From a virus (lineage: Duplodnaviria; Caudoviricetes): a stretch of DNA of 64,000 nucleotides. A program made the translations under genes and the position numbers. The notes under the pieces are model-generated. The model was not told the origin of the DNA. It searched no databases and saw nothing but the letters and a program-made list of their open reading frames with translations. Each line of letters opens with the position of its first letter. Position 1 is the first letter of the stretch. The DNA lies in IMG/VR virus record IMGVR_UViG_3300034410_000589, positions 1 through 64,000 of that record; one strand, 5' to 3'. This document shows positions 55,101 to 63,227 of this stretch, piece after piece.

Positions 55101-57690
55101 GATTTTCTTCAATTAAAACATCGCTAGAATTAACTTTTACATTACCTGATGCACCAATATTAAGATCTTGATTAGTATTATTAACTTGTATACTATTACT
55201 GTTTATTGTAATATCATCTGTTGTTAAAGTGGTAAATGTTGTTTGTCCTGATATAGTTACAGGACCAGTTGTAGTTGTACTTTCATTAACAATAAGTCCA
55301 TTTGATCTTACAGGATTATTTGTTGTAACTTCACCAGTGCCAGCTGCACGTAATTCTAAATCACTATCTGATACAGTAGTTGTAATAAAGTTATCATCAA
55401 TTAGTATGTTTTCAAATTGACTTGAACCTAACTGTGACAGATTACCTTGGATATTAAAGTTTCTAATTGTAAAGTCTGTTGCTGTAATATCAGCATCAAC
55501 ATCAATAGTAGCAACTTGTAAGTTTTGGAATGTAGATGTGCCGCCAATTGTAATGTCATTACTAATGCCTACGCTATCAGTAATGTTTACTTTACCTGTT
55601 CCGTTAGGTCTTAATTCTAAATCAGCATTACTATCAGTTGTAGTAATAACGTTTGTTTCAATTGTTATGCCGTTTAAATCTGCATCATTTACATATGCAA
55701 AATTCCAACGCTTGTCTTCCTTACCTAATGTAAAAGTATCATGTTGATTAGGTTCTAAGTCTTGACTAAATTCTGTATTAAATGTAACTGTATCAGTTGG
55801 CTGATCACCTGCTAAAGATAATGTACCATCAAAACTAAAGTTGTTTGTGATATCTAAGTTTCCGGTTAGACTAGTATCGCCATTAAGATTAATAAACGTT
55901 GACACAGGACTATCAATAGTCATGCCGCCACTTAGACTTTCTATTGTATTGCCACTTAGTCTTATGTTTTGATTTTGTACTTTTGTTCCATCTATAATAG
56001 CAATATTACCATTTGTGGTTACAGTTAAACCTGCTAGTGCATCAACAGTTGACTCGTCAATAGTAAGTGTGCTGTTTCCTGTATCTAAGTCAACAAAAAA
56101 TTGTTCACCAACTCTAAAATTTCCTAAGTGGTCTGTTGAGCTAAAATAAATTGTACCTGAATTTAATTCTTCAGTTTCGTTTGCTTGTATTGCTCTACTT
56201 GGATCATTATCAACAAATTTACCTGCACCTATGTATCCAAAGTTATGTTGGATAAGATACATTAGTGTGTCATCACCGTCTGCTACAGCACCTTTGTTTC
56301 CGTATACGTTTGCTGATCCAATTGATCTTAATTCTGCACCATATAATATTGTTGAACCGTCTGTACTTAAATGTCCTGTTGATCCGTTTACAGCATATAA
56401 TCCTTTGTCAGCAAAATACGTAAATGAGTTAAGCCATTCTACTCTAACTCCGTTTGTCATTGTAAGTGCGTCAACACCTGGTGTAATGAATGTTACAGCG
56501 TGGAATAACATACTTGCTTCGTTGCTTGTACCAAGGACACTTGCACCATCTACAAGAGCACCTTTACCTGCATCAGCACTTGCATATCCTCTTGGATCAC
56601 TTGCACTAGTTGTGCTACCTTGTGTGCTTACTGTAATGTTTTGTACATACGGACTACGTGATGTTACTGTTGCACTAGGAGCAAATCTAAATGCATAACC
56701 TACGTCATTTCCACTGTCATAAAAGAAATCTTTTATTGTAAAATTTTGAACAGTAGTTTCGCCGTTAAGATGAAATATATCTCTTGAACTTGAACTACTT
56801 GGAGGAGTAATAATTGTATTTCTTATGTCGTGACCTGTAACAGTTACTCCTGCTGGTACAACTAAAGGACATGATTCTTCGTATTCGCCTGGCAATACAT
56901 AAACTGTGTCGCCCGCTGATACTTGTGTTAGTGCATAATCTATAGTTTCAAATGGTGCTTGTATATGTTCACCATGACTATCGTTGTCTCCATTTTTTGC
57001 AACGTAAAAAGTTTTGCCAGGCTTATGAATTAGATCTACTCCGCCTAATGCAAAGTCTGTAGCATTTATTCTGGATACGTTTGCTAGTCTTGTGTTTGTT
57101 TCTAGCCAACGTTTATCAGCTTTACCTAAATCATACGGAGCATAATTTGTGCTAGTATCTGGATTGATATCACTAGTAACATCAGTATCAAATGTTACTG
57201 TGTCTTGAGCTAATGCATCACCAAATGTAATATTACCTTCAAGTGTAATATTACCATCGGCATGTATATCGCCATTAACTTCTAAGTTTGAAAATACTTC
57301 TACTCTACCAGTTCCGTTCGGACGTAGTTCTAAATTGCTGTTACTGTTTGTTGTAGAAATGTAATTGTCATCAATAAAAATATCGCCTGTTTTTACATTG
57401 CTACTAGTAATTTTATATCTTGCATCAAGTATTACATCACCTGGAAAAGGTTGTATTGTTGAGCTTTGTATGTTAAAATTTGCTATGTCTGCTTGCGTGT
57501 CTGCAATTAGAGATACTGTTCTAGTAGTATCTAAGACATGTAACGGATGACTAGGAGATGCGTTTCTTATACCTATCTTATCGCCTGTTACGTCAAGATA
57601 AATTAAGTCTGTTTCAAAGGCTAGGTCAATGCCATTTCTTTCCAGATTGGCAAATAATAACGGACCTGAGATTCTACCTACTTGCGACAT
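52162..57690 (-). CDS. Giant repetitive fibre protein (1842 aa), paralogue of 46369..52020
   Basis: Same N-terminus, FYVAKNGDN...RSPYVQN core and IDDNF/ITTT.SNSNLELRA repeats. Confidence 0.75.
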   Translation of the reverse strand: MSQVGRISGPLLFANLERNGIDLAFETDLIYLDVTGDKIGIRNASPSHPLHVLDTTRTVSLIADTQADIANFNIQSSTIQPFPGDVILDARYKITSSNVKTGDIFIDDNYISTTNSNSNLELRPNGTGRVEVFSNLEVNGDIHADGNITLEGNITFGDALAQDTVTFDTDVTSDINPDTSTNYAPYDLGKADKRWLETNTRLANVSRINATDFALGGVDLIHKPGKTFYVAKNGDNDSHGEHIQAPFETIDYALTQVSAGDTVYVLPGEYEESCPLVVPAGVTVTGHDIRNTIITPPSSSSSRDIFHLNGETTVQNFTIKDFFYDSGNDVGYAFRFAPSATVTSRSPYVQNITVSTQGSTTSASDPRGYASADAGKGALVDGASVLGTSNEASMLFHAVTFITPGVDALTMTNGVRVEWLNSFTYFADKGLYAVNGSTGHLSTDGSTILYGAELRSIGSANVYGNKGAVADGDDTLMYLIQHNFGYIGAGKFVDNDPSRAIQANETEELNSGTIYFSSTDHLGNFRVGEQFFVDLDTGNSTLTIDESTVDALAGLTVTTNGNIAIIDGTKVQNQNIRLSGNTIESLSGGMTIDSPVSTFINLNGDTSLTGNLDITNNFSFDGTLSLAGDQPTDTVTFNTEFSQDLEPNQHDTFTLGKEDKRWNFAYVNDADLNGITIETNVITTTDSNADLELRPNGTGKVNITDSVGISNDITIGGTSTFQNLQVATIDVDADITATDFTIRNFNIQGNLSQLGSSQFENILIDDNFITTTVSDSDLELRAAGTGEVTTNNPVRSNGLIVNESTTTTGPVTISGQTTFTTLTTDDITINSNSIQVNNTNQDLNIGASGNVKVNSSDVLIEENLTVEGSNNLADLNVVGSLQHTGNRTQSGNYNIAGEISNGNILIEDNFITATESNSNLELRANGTGEIYIPESVTINNNLDVNGTSTFSNFTVTGTFEPGFSYVDGDRGFTGNLTVTQNIDVTQQAQFEEILIDDNFITTTSSNADLELRAVGTGNVLVPNSNVEITNNISAANAQVVNVNVAQDLVLNELIIPTSIIEIDDNFISTKISNTNLELRADGNGNIVFTDNTTITNALNVNTLSTLDNVEITGITNINGNTTFTNDYTVTGTLTTDELILTENKQEFEGVTIDGNVITSVNSNSDLELRANGTGKVVFQEDVVFENNVSADNLTATNIIADQDFEAALLDSDDIEFFNNVVTTTLSNSNLELRANGTGIIDVQNDLDITNDLTVNDLTTINDELIISGLTTVNNNVTMTGTLQTTSGATINGTLTVQHTGPLQYDSIGNLQINSNQLILSTASDLTLNASGTGIVSLTDTIVSQDMSANAASFGSLRILDSVALENMVSSTDIEIFDNVITTTNSNSNLELRAAGDVEIDNNFDITGNAVVDGATSLQNTNINSTLNINSNVNQNGNRDITGNVSVTNLTVDSQTDLGNFTFEDSTLTNNNAGDLTFTASGTGDVVIEQGKVNNNLSATSASASNFVIDNIVTANKFVLTDDIEIFQNVITTTNSNSNLELRTSGTGTVFIEELEFEDFTLRSDNNITIGTDIVEFDSTRSIKLPAGLNSQRIVATTASITLDGGNGVNDPQPTTVDGGDALTVFGPTDTFYDAGTSLEPNGNPGDMRFNTEVNLFEGFSQANQYFGGVFSEDAQTNVQALNNEVEFRVAGTKVGSVALDGVNISTSLQTTNITISDNIVTSENNTALQLVPNGAGKVKFFDDTAFDDNKIQNLANDDGLHIISTDDGYVKINTQVNGMVLPTGDNSNRGATPVVGELRYNTEAPGAEVWNGTEWVSVAGDNSQADALVIGEAIDEWTLILG

Positions 57691-57708
57691 TTAAAGTTCT
57701 CCTACTTG

Positions 57709-57716
57709 TATTTATT
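57709..57716 (-). promoter_or_regulatory. Late promoter motif AATAAATA
   Basis: Followed by TAGGAG SD and ATG of the 1842-aa gene. Confidence 0.65.
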
Positions 57717-57719
57717 GGA

Positions 57720-58250
57720 TTACTTGTCGAAGTTATGTAGTACAGTAACTGGTTTATTTAAGTCTGGTGCTGATGTGAATTTGATATACCAACCGTCGGC
57801 ATATGGTGCATTAGGACCTGTCAAACTTCCGCTTGCACTTTGTTCTAATGTATAGTTTGTTGTACTGATTTGAAATACGTTTTCAACAAGTACTAAAACG
57901 TTTTGTGCGGCTACTGGAACAGGAAATTCTGGATCTCCGCTTGCTAATGGACCAAACACAGTTTCAGTTGCATCGCCATTTCCTAAACTTTGTTGTGTAA
58001 TTCCAACTAGTACAGGTGTAACGCCTCTTACTCCTGCCCATGCTCCGTTTTCATATACTTCAAATCTGTTGTCTGTTGTATTGTATCTAAAGTGTCCATT
58101 TTCAGGATTAGCAGGACGTTCTGCTGTTGTACCTTTAGGCACACGTATACTGTTAGTAGATTCCATATACACTTGATCATCTACATCAAATTGTACGCCT
58201 CTACCATAGATTGTTCTTCTATTTGTATTTTGTGCCTTGAGTAATCTCAT
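57720..58250 (-). CDS. Virion structural protein
   Basis: Start MRLLKAQ at 58250 (TAATG overlap with upstream stop). VPKGTTAERP..G.FRYNT module and C-terminal VLVENVFQ...F.SAP beta domain. Confidence 0.6.
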   Translation of the reverse strand: MRLLKAQNTNRRTIYGRGVQFDVDDQVYMESTNSIRVPKGTTAERPANPENGHFRYNTTDNRFEVYENGAWAGVRGVTPVLVGITQQSLGNGDATETVFGPLASGDPEFPVPVAAQNVLVLVENVFQISTTNYTLEQSASGSLTGPNAPYADGWYIKFTSAPDLNKPVTVLHNFDK

Positions 58251-58621
58251 TATGTAATATCCAAATAACTCACTGTACAAGCAAGTCTACCTGTACCACT
58301 TGCGGATGGCCCGCCGTTAACTTGTACACTGTCGCCTGCATCTAACACAACTTTTTCTGTGTCTAATGTAAATGTTTCACCTGCTGGTAATGACAGTCTT
58401 CTAACTACAGAAGTAACTGTATCACTGTACGATCCACTTGCTGGAACAAAGTGCAAATCAAATTCGCAAGTTTCATTTTCAGGAGCAGACGCACTTGGGT
58501 CATACGTATTGCATATTAAAATGTTTGTAATAGCATATGATTTACTTGCTGGCACAGTTAACATAATGTGTCTGTAATCGCCACCACCTTGATCAATAAT
58601 TGCTTCGTTTACTATTGCCAT
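58250..58621 (-). CDS. Small beta-sandwich virion protein (paralogue family A)
   Basis: TVPASKSYAITNILICN...LSLPAGETFTLDTEKVVLDAGDSVQV. Confidence 0.6.
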   Translation of the reverse strand: MAIVNEAIIDQGGGDYRHIMLTVPASKSYAITNILICNTYDPSASAPENETCEFDLHFVPASGSYSDTVTSVVRRLSLPAGETFTLDTEKVVLDAGDSVQVNGGPSASGTGRLACTVSYLDIT

Positions 58622-58630
58622 ATTGTTTCC

Positions 58631-59644
58631 TTAAAAAAGCATACTAAAAACTAGTGCTCTATTCTTACTTATTATTTCATCGCGTTGACTTTCAGCATTA
58701 ACGAAATACATTCCTGTACCTGCCGCTTGTGCTGGCTTAGCATACAGTAGTATTCCATCATCTGGTTCTACAGGATCTGTTACACCGTCAACGCCTTCAT
58801 GCGGTGTATATCCCAATCTTAAATTGTCGTCAACAACAACATGTCCTGTTCCTGTTGCACTTAAAATTAAATCTTCTTGACTTGTGCCAAGTGTTTTTAT
58901 TTCTGTACCATGTACAGTTTGTTCAATTCTAATTCCGTATTGATCTGAATATGTAGGACGAATGTCTTGTATCAAATTACCGTCAATGCCTACTTCAATT
59001 CTACTTGGACCTGAAACACTATCATCATACACTTGTACTCTAGTGTCACCTACTTGAACTCTGTTCGGAACAACCGTACCAAAGAAGTTTGTTACAGTAT
59101 CGTCTACATATTTTTTATTTGGAATATGATCATCGTCAGTTACTCGTGTTTCGTAACCAAATGTTCCTTTAACAGTTAACATACCAGGGTTAGGTGTTAC
59201 ATTGCCTGATAAATTGTATTGCCCCATTAGGTTTAAATCAACACCCGGAGTAACAATACTAACAGTTTCAATACCGCCAACTCTACCGCTTGGAGATCTT
59301 ACACTCCATGCACCTAAGTCTGTAGTACCACTATTTTGCGTATCTGTCCAGTTTAAACTTTCAACAAACAACCACTGTCCGTCTTCTATTGTACCTCGGT
59401 CAACACGAAGACCGGAAGCGCCATCTCTAGTGATGCCGTTCCCGGTTTCGCCTTTGTTCAATACAATAATATTGTCTTCAACTGTTGTGTTAACAGTATC
59501 AAGAGTAGTTTGTGTTCCTTCGACAACAAGGTTACCGGTAATATAAACATCACCAACTTCCGTTCCTGTGTCCAGTGTAATCCTACCACCGCTCTTAACA
59601 ACTACTCTGTAGTTGCCATCGCCTACTCTTAAATACTTGTCCAT
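58631..59644 (-). CDS. Fibre-like virion structural protein
   Basis: GNLVVEGT.TT....TVEDNIIVLN...GLRVDRG and HIPNKKYVD motifs typical of phage fibre shafts. Confidence 0.55.
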   Translation of the reverse strand: MDKYLRVGDGNYRVVVKSGGRITLDTGTEVGDVYITGNLVVEGTQTTLDTVNTTVEDNIIVLNKGETGNGITRDGASGLRVDRGTIEDGQWLFVESLNWTDTQNSGTTDLGAWSVRSPSGRVGGIETVSIVTPGVDLNLMGQYNLSGNVTPNPGMLTVKGTFGYETRVTDDDHIPNKKYVDDTVTNFFGTVVPNRVQVGDTRVQVYDDSVSGPSRIEVGIDGNLIQDIRPTYSDQYGIRIEQTVHGTEIKTLGTSQEDLILSATGTGHVVVDDNLRLGYTPHEGVDGVTDPVEPDDGILLYAKPAQAAGTGMYFVNAESQRDEIISKNRALVFSMLF

Positions 59645-59654
59645 AAGTTAATCC

Positions 59655-60107
59655 TTATGCGTCTTCAGTGAAGTCTGTATCGTCTACGCCGACTAATGTA
59701 TCATCATCACCAGCTTCTTCGAATTCAACAGCACCATCATTGTTTAGAGTACTAAAGTTCCATGCAATTGACTGTCCGTCTAATGCGTTTGCACCTGTTG
59801 CACTCGGAGCAACGATAGTTGCCTTACGTCCTGAAATTTTACTAACTCCGTAAGTTTCACCGTCATCACCTTTTACACTAATAGCCATTTCTGTACCTGT
59901 TAGTGCTGCTGGCAGTTTGCCTGTTGTTAAGAAACGATCATATGTAGTTGCTGGTGTACCGATAGCCGCTACACGAAACTTTTTAGATCCTAATTGCTTT
60001 ACAATATAACCTTCAAGTACACCTGATGTACCATAAAAGTCTACTTTGATTTCATTACCACCTGCTGTAGCTGGTCCAAAAAATCTTTTGTTTACTGGTC
60101 TTCCCAT
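59655..60107 (-). CDS. Hypothetical virion protein downstream of major capsid gene (possible head decoration)
   Basis: 150 aa, own late promoter and TAGGAG SD; function inferred from position. Confidence 0.55.
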   Translation of the reverse strand: MGRPVNKRFFGPATAGGNEIKVDFYGTSGVLEGYIVKQLGSKKFRVAAIGTPATTYDRFLTTGKLPAALTGTEMAISVKGDDGETYGVSKISGRKATIVAPSATGANALDGQSIAWNFSTLNNDGAVEFEEAGDDDTLVGVDDTDFTEDA

Positions 60108-60200
60108 TTGTTTTCTCCTATATAAGTAGTCCTATCCGGGTTCTATCCGGTACGCTGTGGGTTAAACAGCATAAGTCCGCCTTGCGGCACACTATTTGAC
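60108..60200 (-). ncRNA. Candidate structured 5' leader (93 nt)
   Basis: GCC-GCAA-GGC, GCUGU/ACAGC and CCGG/CCGG hairpins, closed by CUUAU/AUAGG and UAGU/ACUA just 5' of the SD. Confidence 0.5.
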
Positions 60201-60205
60201 ATATG

Positions 60206-60213
60206 TATTTATC
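60206..60213 (-). promoter_or_regulatory. Late promoter motif GATAAATA
   Basis: Between capsid terminator and 93-nt leader. Confidence 0.7.
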
Positions 60214-60238
60214 AAAAGAGGTAACAGAACTTTTAGTC

Positions 60239-60267
60239 AAAAAAATAGGACCCGAAGGTCCTATTTT
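60239..60267 (-). terminator. Intrinsic terminator after major capsid gene
   Basis: AAAATAGGACC-TTCG-GGTCCTATTTT followed by further Ts; cUUCGg tetraloop. Confidence 0.9.
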
Positions 60268-60284
60268 CCAGTTTTAATTAAAAC

Positions 60285-61466
60285 TTAGCTAAAGCTAACA
60301 TTAGCGTTATTGATCGCAACTTTACCTAAGTAATCTGCTGCGTTACCAAGTGATGATGCTGTGTTAGACAATTCAACATAACCATAACGTGTCATAAATG
60401 ATACGGTAGGTTCGAATGTTGACGGATCTAATACAACGCCACTTGACATTAACGGAATGTATGGGCAATAGAACGCTGGTGCGTCTGATTCACTTGCACC
60501 TTTGTAACCAACAAGTACGTCAGCGTTATCAGCTGAGTAAGTGTTAACGTACACTTTCATTGCATTGTTTAAAGTACCAACCATCTTAGTGTTAGTTGGA
60601 GCTTCAAATGTACCTTCAGTTGTTCTTGCAAACGCTGAAGTTGTTGCACTTTGTAGAATTGTTAACGCAAATGGGCTAACTACGGCGTAGTTACCTGCGC
60701 CTCTACGTGTACGCTGTGCAATCAAGTTAGCAACACGGTTGATTTGAACAGCTAAAGCAGCATGCTCGTCACCAACGAATGTAGCTGTACCTGATACAGC
60801 AGCTTGGTTATATGTTTCAGCGGCATTACCAGCTAGGCTGTTTAGGCTTGCTAAAACTTCTTGATCAATCTCAGCGGTAATTTCTTGTGCTAAAGCAGCC
60901 ATAATTTCTGCTTCAACGTCAATACCGTGCATTGATTGTGCATCCTGTGCAGCTTCAAAAGTCCAGCGAGCTGATAGCTTTCTTGACTTCGCTTCTACAG
61001 TTTGCTTCAAGATTTGAATGCTTAACTTACGTCCAGCTTGGCCTTCTAAAGCTGCTGTAGTAGCTGCTTTATCGTCCGCTGCGTTACCTGAGTAACCTTC
61101 AGCAATCTTGAATGGGCTTAATGCCTCTTCACCCGCTGCAGTGTCTGTTCCGTTTGTGCTATCAAAAGCTTCTGCGTAACGTACACGTAACGTGTGGATT
61201 TGACCAACAGGGCCAGTCATTGGTTGTACACCAACTAGCTCGTTAGCAATAACAGTTGGCATAACACGTCTGATAACTGGTAGGATAACACGGTTAAGTG
61301 TTGCTACGTTACCAGCTGATGTTGCTCCAGCTGTTGCACTCTCAGACAAATACTTGCGAGTGTTTTCTAGTGTGGCAGCCATTACGCTTTTCTTGTTACC
61401 GTCTAGGCCTTCAAGAAGAGCATCTTTGGTTTCTGTCCAGCGACTTTCTAATAGTTCTGACATCAT
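60285..61466 (-). CDS. gp23: Major capsid protein (T4 gp23-like)
   Basis: LPVIRRVMPTVIANELVGVQPMTGPVGQI...KSRKLSARWTFEAAQD...AFYCPYIPL...FMTRYG. Confidence 0.97.
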   Translation of the reverse strand: MMSELLESRWTETKDALLEGLDGNKKSVMAATLENTRKYLSESATAGATSAGNVATLNRVILPVIRRVMPTVIANELVGVQPMTGPVGQIHTLRVRYAEAFDSTNGTDTAAGEEALSPFKIAEGYSGNAADDKAATTAALEGQAGRKLSIQILKQTVEAKSRKLSARWTFEAAQDAQSMHGIDVEAEIMAALAQEITAEIDQEVLASLNSLAGNAAETYNQAAVSGTATFVGDEHAALAVQINRVANLIAQRTRRGAGNYAVVSPFALTILQSATTSAFARTTEGTFEAPTNTKMVGTLNNAMKVYVNTYSADNADVLVGYKGASESDAPAFYCPYIPLMSSGVVLDPSTFEPTVSFMTRYGYVELSNTASSLGNAADYLGKVAINNANVSFS

Positions 61467-61473
61467 TTTCTCC

Positions 61474-62568
61474 TTAATTTAATCCAGCAAGACGGCGTAT
61501 ATCAAGTACATTTGATTCGTCTGCTTTGACATGTGTCGTTGTTTTTTCTCTGTTGCCTGTAACTTCTGTGCCTTCTGATAATATAGCCTTACGCTTTGCT
61601 GGAGTCTGGCCATCAATAACTGATGGTAGGTACTTGTCAAAAGATTTTTGTAATCTATTGGTTTGTACACTTTCCAGTAAGTCTGTCATAATCCCTTGCT
61701 GATCTCTGCTCAATGGAGCAATTAGATCGCGCATGATCTTTTCGCGAGTTGCTGCTTCAACTAATTGTTTCTTCTCAGTTGCCTGTGATTCTGCTAGTTC
61801 TTTAGCTTTTACAGCAAATGCTTTTGCTTCTTGAAGTTGTTGGTCTTTAAGATCAATAACTTTAAGTAACTTAGCACTTTCGCTTTTTTCGTTTAGGTAG
61901 CTATTTGCATATTCATTGCTGAATGACTCAAATATTTTGCGACCAAAATCGTTTCTTCGTGCTTCTTCAATATCTTCTTTAAGTTGAGTAATTTCTCCTT
62001 TGAGAACTTTATCAACAGTTTCTGATACCGCTGTAGCACTTCTTTCAACAAAGTTAGTTTTAACTTTCTTGAAGTGTTCTTTAGCTTCACGTACTAAACG
62101 TACTTTTGTTTCGGCTAAATCTTTTTTATCTTCATAGAACTCTGCAATTTCTTTAGAAAGAGCTTCAACTACAAATTCCTCAAGCTGTGCATACTTAGAT
62201 GCCATTGCTTTCTTGTCTTCGTGTAGTTCACCAACTTCTTTTGAAAGTTGATTTAAAACAAAATCTTTCATTAACTCTGCGTTTTCACGCATTGCAATGG
62301 CATACTTTGCTTTAGCTTCTGCAAGTTGTTTACGATCTTCTGAAAATTCAGCAATTTCTTCTGCTAGTCTTTCAGATAACATGCTATCAATGGCTTCTAC
62401 CATTGTTGACTTGTCGTGTTCGTATTTCTTTGCAAATTCTTCACGAAGTTCAGCGGTAACTTGTTGGCGATTCTCAGTGATCTTCGCGTCCCAAGCCGTT
62501 TGTATTTCTGCTTTTACTTCTTCTGAAAGTGCGCTGCTCTCGAAGAGTGATTTTAATGCTTCCAACAT
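61474..62568 (-). CDS. gp22: Prohead core scaffold protein (T4 gp22-like)
   Basis: Long Glu/Lys-rich coiled coil between protease and capsid genes. Confidence 0.8.
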   Translation of the reverse strand: MLEALKSLFESSALSEEVKAEIQTAWDAKITENRQQVTAELREEFAKKYEHDKSTMVEAIDSMLSERLAEEIAEFSEDRKQLAEAKAKYAIAMRENAELMKDFVLNQLSKEVGELHEDKKAMASKYAQLEEFVVEALSKEIAEFYEDKKDLAETKVRLVREAKEHFKKVKTNFVERSATAVSETVDKVLKGEITQLKEDIEEARRNDFGRKIFESFSNEYANSYLNEKSESAKLLKVIDLKDQQLQEAKAFAVKAKELAESQATEKKQLVEAATREKIMRDLIAPLSRDQQGIMTDLLESVQTNRLQKSFDKYLPSVIDGQTPAKRKAILSEGTEVTGNREKTTTHVKADESNVLDIRRLAGLN

Positions 62569-62582
62569 ATTATTCTCCTCAG

Positions 62583-63218
62583 TTATCGGAGCCCGCTTAT
62601 TATTCCTAATAAGCTCTCTTTTAAATATTTTTGTGCCTTATGATCGTCTTTAGTTGCCTGTGCTAGTTCGTATGCCTGGTACCCTCCGCGGGTGTTCATC
62701 AAGTGTTCGTATATTGGCGTTGGGTACGCTCCAGGAGCACTAGGTTGTGCAACTACGTCCACTGTAATAATTTCAAAGTCGGAAACTTGACCGCTTCCGT
62801 CTTCTGATACGTTACCCGATCCCCTGGATGAGACACCTAGCTTAACTCCGCTTTCAAGCATTGTTTGCACTAGTTGCCCCATTGGGGTTGGTAATACTTT
62901 TAATTTACCATAACCGTTAGGCCCGTCCATCCATGTTTCTGTAATCATGTGTGATACGCGGTCTAAGTTAATGTTAAGTCCTTCTGGATGATCAACCTCT
63001 CCGAGAACACTATATCCTCCCTGGATTTGGTCATTAAGAGTTTTGACAGCCCTGCCAATTTCTTCTACAGGATATACACGTTGGTTTGCATTACGCACTC
63101 CGCCCTGTATACAAATACCTTTTAGGTATAAGTCTTTTCCTCCGTTGGAATTTTCAGCAGACTCAACGACCATATTAGCTTGGTCAAATGTCAGATGCTC
63201 TCTTAAAAAGTTTTGCAT
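62583..63218 (-). CDS. gp21: Prohead protease (T4 gp21-like)
   Basis: RNANQRVYP...LGEVDHP...NLDRVSH...GKLKVLPTPMG...LGVSSRGSG...DVVAQPSAPGAY. Confidence 0.95.
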   Translation of the reverse strand: MQNFLREHLTFDQANMVVESAENSNGGKDLYLKGICIQGGVRNANQRVYPVEEIGRAVKTLNDQIQGGYSVLGEVDHPEGLNINLDRVSHMITETWMDGPNGYGKLKVLPTPMGQLVQTMLESGVKLGVSSRGSGNVSEDGSGQVSDFEIITVDVVAQPSAPGAYPTPIYEHLMNTRGGYQAYELAQATKDDHKAQKYLKESLLGIISGLR

Positions 63219-63227
63219 TCAGATTCC

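Noticed and set aside
47180-56698. Long plus-strand ORFs antisense to the giant fibre genes (e.g. 47180-47737, 48941-49645, 49646-50227, 54332-54901)
   Set aside because: Shadow ORFs from repetitive, biased codons on the coding strand; no SD, promoter or recognisable motifs
60108-60200. tRNA or self-cleaving ribozyme (hammerhead, twister, pistol, HDV-like)
   Set aside because: No TTC-containing T-arm, acceptor stem or CCA; no CUGANGA/GAAA or other catalytic core recognised
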